From an uncultured Gemmatimonadales bacterium (lineage in GTDB: Bacteria > Gemmatimonadota > Gemmatimonadetes > Gemmatimonadales > Gemmatimonadaceae): a stretch of DNA of 64,000 bases. The stretch lies in the NCBI GenBank assembly GCA_963793305.1, contig CAWBZV010000003.1, forward strand, positions 928,001 through 992,000, written 5' to 3'. A model generated the notes under the pieces. That model worked only from the letters and a program-made list of their open reading frames with translations. It did not search any database and was not told the origin of the DNA. A program made the position numbers and the translations under genes. Position 1 is the first letter of the stretch. Each line of letters starts with the position of its first letter. Positions 58,980 through 64,000 of this stretch are shown here, in pieces.

Positions 58980-61358
58980 TCACGCGGGCGGCGCGGTCAG
59001 TTTGGCTTTGAACTCCGCCGCCTTGTCCGGGCGGCCCGACGCCTCGTAGAGCCCCACGAGTCGGCTGACGGCGACCTGCGTCTTGGGATGTTGTGGCCCG
59101 AGCGCCTTCGTCATGATGCCATACGCGTCCAGCGACAGCGTCTCGGCCTTTCCGTACTGCTTGACGAAAATGAAGTGATCGGCGAGAAATCCCTCGCTAC
59201 TGGCGATGAGCCAGCTGTCGGGCGGCAAGACCTTGCGCCGCAGGGCAATGCTCTCCTCGAGCGAGCGCCGCCCGCTCGCGGTGTCGCCGAGCTTGTCCTC
59301 GCATCGCCCGAGTGTTTGCAGGGACGCCGCGATCGACGGGTGCGTGTCGGGGATCGTCTTCCCGCGCAGCGCGAGGATCTGGCGTGAGATGTCCGCTGCC
59401 TCCTGATAGCGGCCTTGAGCGAAGACCAGGAACGAATAGTTGAACAGCGTCCACGTGTACTTGGGGTGCTCCGGTCCGAGCAGCTTGCGCCGCAGCGCCA
59501 ACGTCTCGACGTAGGCGCTCTCGCTCGCGGCAGTTTTGCCCTCGATATCCAGCGCGGTCGCCAGCCCGTCCTTGGCATCGGCGACCAGCGTGTTCGGCTC
59601 GGGATGGTTCGCTTCGAGAATGGCGAGCGCGCTCCGGTGCAACGACTCGGCCTCGACCCAACGATTCTGCTCGCCCAGCGCCACCGCGACGTCGCCCATG
59701 CCCACCGCGACCTTGTCGGAATGGTCGCCGAGCAGGCGCCGGAGGATGTCCAGCGCCTCGCGATGCAGTCGCTCGGCGTCCGCGAACTGCCCTTTGTCAT
59801 GGGCCACGCTGCCGGCGTCGTTGATGAGATCGGCGAGCACCGTGTCCGGTGCGGAGGACAGCGAGCGCCGAATCGCGAGCGCCTGACGAAAGACCGTGTC
59901 GGCACGGTCGAGCTGACCGCTCGCCAGATAGACGCCACCGAGATTGCTGAGCGTCATGACGACCGGGATGCTGCGCGGGCCATCAATACGACGGTCGATC
60001 GCCAGGGCCGATTTGAACTGTCGCTCGGCTTCATCATAGCGCGCGAGCGAGAGATAACTCTGGCCGATGACCGATTCGAGGTCGGAACTGACGTCCGGCT
60101 GGTTCGCCAGCTCCACGTCGATACGGCGCGCGGCGGAATCCAGAACTTCGGACACGGGCAGATCGCGTCCACCGGTCGCGGGACGCACCGACGACAGGAG
60201 CGTCACCAAGAACCCGTTGACTCGCTCGGCCCGAATTTGCGCCGCGCGCGCCCGGCGCGCTTGCACGACCGTCGTCACGGTGCCGGTGACGAGAGCGGCC
60301 AACAATAGCAGCGAGATGGCGACCACACCGCGGTTGCGCAGCACGAATTTCCTGAGGCGATATCCGGCCCAATCGCGTTGCGCCTCCACCGGGAGGCCCC
60401 CGAGATAGCGGCCGAGATCGTCGCTCAAGGCCGCGACCGACGCGTAGCGGCGTTCCGGTTCGGCGCTCAGCGTTTTGAGGACGATGGTGTCGAGATCTCC
60501 GGCCAGCTGCCGCCGCGCTCGGGCGGGTGCCTCGTTCGCGGTTCGATGCGGTCGGCTGCCGACACACAGTTCGAACAACACGACGCCGAGCGAATAGACG
60601 TCGGATGCGGTCGTGAGCGGCGCACCGCGGATTTGCTCAGGGCTGGCGTACTCCGGGGTGAAGGGACGCAGACCGCCGCGCGTGAGGGGCACCACGTCGT
60701 CGCCCGCATCGGTGCCGACGAGTTTCGCGATACCGAAGTCGAGCAGTTTGGCCGTGCCATCGGCGGTGACGAGGATGTTGCCCGGCTTGATGTCACCGTG
60801 GACGATCAGGTTCGTGTGCGAGTGCTGGACGGCGTCGCACACCTGTCGGAAGAGGTCGACGCGCTCGCGGATCGACAGGCGACGCGCATCACACCAGTCC
60901 GTGATCGGCGTGCCCTCGATGTACTCCATGACGAGGAACGGGCGCCCGTCGGGCGCGATCCCGCCATCGAGCAGCGTCGCAATGTGGCGGTGCGCGAGCG
61001 TGGCGAGGATCTGCCGCTCTCGCCGAAAACGGGCGAGCGTGAGCTCGGAGTCGAGTCCGCCCGGCACGAGCTTGATGGCGACGCGCTTCCGAAAGGCGTC
61101 ATCCGCGCGCACCGCCTCGTACACCGCGCCCATGCCCCCCCGGCCGATGAGCCGCACGATCTCGTATGGACCGAGTCGCATGCCGACGAATCGGTCTTCC
61201 GCCGCGCTATCGGCGGCGATGAGCTCACGGACCTCTTCCCGGAGAGCCGTATCGGATTGCGTGACGTGGTCCAGATACGCGTCCCGTTCGGTGGTTGGCT
61301 GATCCATGACGGCGTCGAACAACGCCCGGACGCGCCGCAGGCGCTCTGGCGTACTCAC
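58980..61358 (-). CDS. Membrane Ser/Thr protein kinase with TPR repeats
   Basis: IGRGGMGAVY, VAIK, HGDIKPGN, DFGIAK, TPEYASPE, one TM, TPRs. Confidence 0.95.
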   Translation of the reverse strand: MSTPERLRRVRALFDAVMDQPTTERDAYLDHVTQSDTALREEVRELIAADSAAEDRFVGMRLGPYEIVRLIGRGGMGAVYEAVRADDAFRKRVAIKLVPGGLDSELTLARFRRERQILATLAHRHIATLLDGGIAPDGRPFLVMEYIEGTPITDWCDARRLSIRERVDLFRQVCDAVQHSHTNLIVHGDIKPGNILVTADGTAKLLDFGIAKLVGTDAGDDVVPLTRGGLRPFTPEYASPEQIRGAPLTTASDVYSLGVVLFELCVGSRPHRTANEAPARARRQLAGDLDTIVLKTLSAEPERRYASVAALSDDLGRYLGGLPVEAQRDWAGYRLRKFVLRNRGVVAISLLLLAALVTGTVTTVVQARRARAAQIRAERVNGFLVTLLSSVRPATGGRDLPVSEVLDSAARRIDVELANQPDVSSDLESVIGQSYLSLARYDEAERQFKSALAIDRRIDGPRSIPVVMTLSNLGGVYLASGQLDRADTVFRQALAIRRSLSSAPDTVLADLINDAGSVAHDKGQFADAERLHREALDILRRLLGDHSDKVAVGMGDVAVALGEQNRWVEAESLHRSALAILEANHPEPNTLVADAKDGLATALDIEGKTAASESAYVETLALRRKLLGPEHPKYTWTLFNYSFLVFAQGRYQEAADISRQILALRGKTIPDTHPSIAASLQTLGRCEDKLGDTASGRRSLEESIALRRKVLPPDSWLIASSEGFLADHFIFVKQYGKAETLSLDAYGIMTKALGPQHPKTQVAVSRLVGLYEASGRPDKAAEFKAKLTAPPA

Positions 61359-61906
61359 AATCCGTCCGCCCCGAGCTCGCGCGCGAGCCAAACACGCGCG
61401 AACTGCCAGTCCCGCTTGACGGTCGCGGCCGAGACGCCGAGGGCATGGGCGATGTCCGGCACATCGAGACCCGAGAAGAACTTGAGCTCCACGACCTGCG
61501 CCCATCGGGGCTCCGCCGCGCCGAGCCGCGTCAGCGCATCGTCGAGCGCGAGCATGTCGATGATCGGCGTCTCGTGGCCAGCGATCGCCTCGTCCAGGGT
61601 GACCTGCAGTCCGCCGCCGCGTTTAACGGCCCCGCGCGCTCGCGCGTGATCGACCAGCGCCTGCCGCATGGCGCGCGAGGCGGCGCGGAGAAAATGGACC
61701 CGGTCTACCGCCGACAGTCCGTTGCCGCCGACGAGGCGGAGGTAGGCTTCGTGCACGAGGGCCGTGGGTTGCAGCGTGTGGCCCGGTCGTTCGCGCCGTA
61801 GGTGGCGGCCCGCAATGGTGTGAAGCTCGTCGTACACAACCTGCAACAGCTGCTCCAGTTCCGCGGCGGCATCACCCTGTGGCACGGGCCCCATGGTACG
61901 ATCCAT
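61355..61906 (-). CDS. ECF sigma factor, kinase-associated (TIGR02999-like)
   Basis: VYDELH.IA, HTLQPTALVHEAYLRL, TVKRDW.FAR. Confidence 0.92.
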   Translation of the reverse strand: MDRTMGPVPQGDAAAELEQLLQVVYDELHTIAGRHLRRERPGHTLQPTALVHEAYLRLVGGNGLSAVDRVHFLRAASRAMRQALVDHARARGAVKRGGGLQVTLDEAIAGHETPIIDMLALDDALTRLGAAEPRWAQVVELKFFSGLDVPDIAHALGVSAATVKRDWQFARVWLARELGADGL

Positions 61907-62015
61907 CCCCAGTGGCGTCAATCGCGAAACGGGCGGCGCCGCTGCGTTTGCGCTGCATTCCAACCCTTTGGTAGCCGCACGTTACTCACCGGTAACCACA
62001 ACGGTGAAGGCTTCA

Positions 62016-62654
62016 ATGCGTGCATGGACGATCGCGTCACTTCTTGTTCCCGCCGCCATCGCGGCACAGCAGGATTCACCCCCAACCGCTCCGACGAACG
62101 TGTCGCGCACGGATGAGATCCGGTACGCGAAAAGCGCCGCGCCGGCGGATATTTCGAAGGATGCCAAGGTGTGGGTGTTGGAAAACGGTCACTACGTCGT
62201 CGCGGAGCAGGGCACGTCGGGTATAGCCTGCCAGGTGGGCCGGAGCAGCGCGACAAACTGGGAGCCGCAATGCGGTGATGCCGAGGCCGACGAGACGACG
62301 TTGGCCATCTTCCGCTTCAGTACGGAGCAGCGGATCGCTGGCAAAACCTCGGACGAGATCCACGCGGCGGTCGATAGCGGGTTGGCCTCGGGCCGGTTCC
62401 GGGTGCCGCGGCGACCCGCGCTGGTGTACATGGTGTCGTCGTCGCAAGTGCTCGGCACGAAGACCCGCTCTCATTTCATGCCGCACCTCATGATATTCTA
62501 TCCCGGCATGAGCGCCGGTGCGATGGGCGTCGTCGAGTCGACAAGCATGGACGTCCCGGGTGTCACGTCGGATGGCAAACCGACGTCCGGACTCATCGTC
62601 GTCGTGCGCGATTGGGTGGACCCCAACAAGGTGTTGAGCGCAACGACTCCGTGA
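62016..62654 (+). CDS. Exported hypothetical protein
   Basis: Signal; A.SAAP.DI..DA.V, C..C pair, YM, MPHLMIF. Confidence 0.75.
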   Translation: MRAWTIASLLVPAAIAAQQDSPPTAPTNVSRTDEIRYAKSAAPADISKDAKVWVLENGHYVVAEQGTSGIACQVGRSSATNWEPQCGDAEADETTLAIFRFSTEQRIAGKTSDEIHAAVDSGLASGRFRVPRRPALVYMVSSSQVLGTKTRSHFMPHLMIFYPGMSAGAMGVVESTSMDVPGVTSDGKPTSGLIVVVRDWVDPNKVLSATTP

Positions 62655-63157
62655 CGGACGACCTCGCGCTCGTTGAGCGGTTTCTTCGGACGCGCGGCGA
62701 AGACGCGTTTGACGCGCTGTATGAAGCGCATACGCCGGCGCTCTACGCGTTGGCGATGCGCCTCACGGGCGGCGATCAAAGCGAAGCGGAAGATCTCGTT
62801 CAGGAAAGCTGGGTCCGGGCCGTGCGGGCGTTGTCGTCGTTCCGCGCGCAGTCCCAGCTGCGCTCGTGGTTGTGTGGGTTGTTGGTGAATGTGAGGCGGG
62901 TGCGTATCCGCACCGATTGGCGCATGGTCGATGCGCCGGACATGGAGCCGGTCGCGGAGACCGGTGGCCCCGAAGACGCGCTCGATCTGGAGCGCGCGAT
63001 CGGCGCGCTGCCCGAGGGCGCCCGAGATGTGTTCGTGCTCCACGATGTCTACGGGTATACGCATCGGGAGATCGCCGAGATGCTGGGCATCGTGGAGGGC
63101 ACGTCGAAAAGCCAGCTCACTCGCGCTCGATCCCTGCTCCGGAGCTCGCTGCCATGA
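62651..63157 (+). CDS. ECF RNA polymerase sigma factor
   Basis: AEDLVQESW, FRAQSQLRSWL, HREIAEMLGI..GTSKSQL.RAR. Confidence 0.93.
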   Translation: MTDDLALVERFLRTRGEDAFDALYEAHTPALYALAMRLTGGDQSEAEDLVQESWVRAVRALSSFRAQSQLRSWLCGLLVNVRRVRIRTDWRMVDAPDMEPVAETGGPEDALDLERAIGALPEGARDVFVLHDVYGYTHREIAEMLGIVEGTSKSQLTRARSLLRSSLP

Positions 63158-63615
63158 TGGATCTGCCACGGGAACGACAGCCGGACCCGGCGCTGAAGCA
63201 GCGCGTCGTGTCGGCGCTGGTCGCGGCGGGTCTCGTCCGGCGCCGGCGCGTGTGGCCAATCTGGGTGGCGGCGGCTGCCGCGGTGGTGGTGTTGGGCGTA
63301 GGCCTATCGGTCCTGCGTCCCCGGCACGCGCTGGCGCCGGGCAACACCTATGTGCTGCTGCTCTACCAGGACTCGACCTACCGCATGCCGCCCAAAGGCC
63401 ATAGCGCCGAGCGCGTCGCCGAGATCGTGCGGTGGGCGGACAGTCTCTCCGCGGTCGGGAAACTCGAACGTGGCGGCCACCTCGTCGGCCCGGGCCCGAT
63501 CGGCGGCCTGTTCCTGATACGGGCGCAGAGCGACTCGGATGCGGCGCGGATAGCGGCCACGTGCCCCTTTACGAGATATGGCGGGCGACAGGAGATCAAG
63601 CGATTCGAAGAATGA
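63154..63615 (+). CDS. Putative anti-sigma factor: single TM + YciI-like domain
   Basis: ATGA-coupled to the sigma gene; RRRR-TM; YVLLLY..W...L...GKL..G..L..IGGLFLIRA....A..IA..CP...GG..EI. Confidence 0.7.
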   Translation: MMDLPRERQPDPALKQRVVSALVAAGLVRRRRVWPIWVAAAAAVVVLGVGLSVLRPRHALAPGNTYVLLLYQDSTYRMPPKGHSAERVAEIVRWADSLSAVGKLERGGHLVGPGPIGGLFLIRAQSDSDAARIAATCPFTRYGGRQEIKRFEE

Positions 63616-63659
63616 GAGAGCCGCCGTGACCGCGTTGGGGACCCGCGCGTGTGTTTATC

Positions 63660-64000
63660 ATGACATCCGAGCTAGACGGCCGGCTGAGTAGAATCGAGCG
63701 GCGACTTGGGGCACTCGAAACCCTCATGCGTCAAAGCGGAGGGCCCAGCGCCGAGAGCCCAACTCCCCAACCCGTTCAGCCGCCGCGACCCGCGGCGTTG
63801 CCACCTCGCCCACCTCGGCCTGCGCCGCCGGCGCGAAAGCCCGAAGGCTCGCCCATGGCCACGAATTTCCTCGGCTGGGCGGGAGCCGTAGCGCTGGTAC
63901 TGGCGGCGACCTATCTCATCCGGCTCGCCATCGACACAGGCTGGCTCACGCCGACCATCCAGGTCGGCTGCGCGGGGCTCTTCGGAATTGCCCTGATAGG
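63660..64000 (+). CDS. DUF2339-like membrane protein, 5' part
   Basis: Open frame MTSELDGRLSRIERRL..Pro-rich..NFLGWAGAVALVLAATYLI..GWLTP, running to the window end. Confidence 0.8.
   Translation, partial: MTSELDGRLSRIERRLGALETLMRQSGGPSAESPTPQPVQPPRPAALPPRPPRPAPPARKPEGSPMATNFLGWAGAVALVLAATYLIRLAIDTGWLTPTIQVGCAGLFGIALI

Noticed and set aside
1..64000. tRNA/rRNA genes, IS elements, prophage structural genes
   Set aside because: None recognised by eye; small structured RNAs cannot be excluded without a covariance-model search.

Overview
GC-rich bacterial accessory region. The gene inventory (ADOP-type ABC permeases, ECF sigma + Ser/Thr kinase-TPR pair, LVIVD+DUF305, tricorn protease, many exported hypotheticals) suggests a soil Gemmatimonadota/Acidobacteriota-like organism; this is inference only. 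About 60 CDSs were identified. No rRNA, tRNA, CRISPR array, transposase or integrase was recognised. About nine small-indel frameshifts in otherwise intact genes look like long-read assembly errors, while a few genes show apparently real internal deletions. Highlights: (1) a 2.1-kb cassette bounded by a 36-bp direct repeat that is itself an extended -10 promoter plus the first 7 codons of a WapI-like immunity gene; it carries DUF2199, a decayed small gene and a 365-aa putative HNH-like protein with a VirD2-like C-terminal nuclear-localisation/basic tail. (2) A stand-alone 790-aa protein with a nitrilase E-K-C triad, facing an amidase + membrane-protein pair. (3) Two copies of a MocR / secreted 'HDFDF' beta-barrel module, each with a different operator motif in the same geometry. 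(4) A Tat-exported close relative of organophosphate hydrolase. (5) A tandem triplet of uncharacterised H-x-x-W-H proteins divergent from a GlxA-type AraC gene. (6) A 12-bp all-AT bidirectional leaderless promoter. All family calls come from motif recognition by eye; no searches were run.
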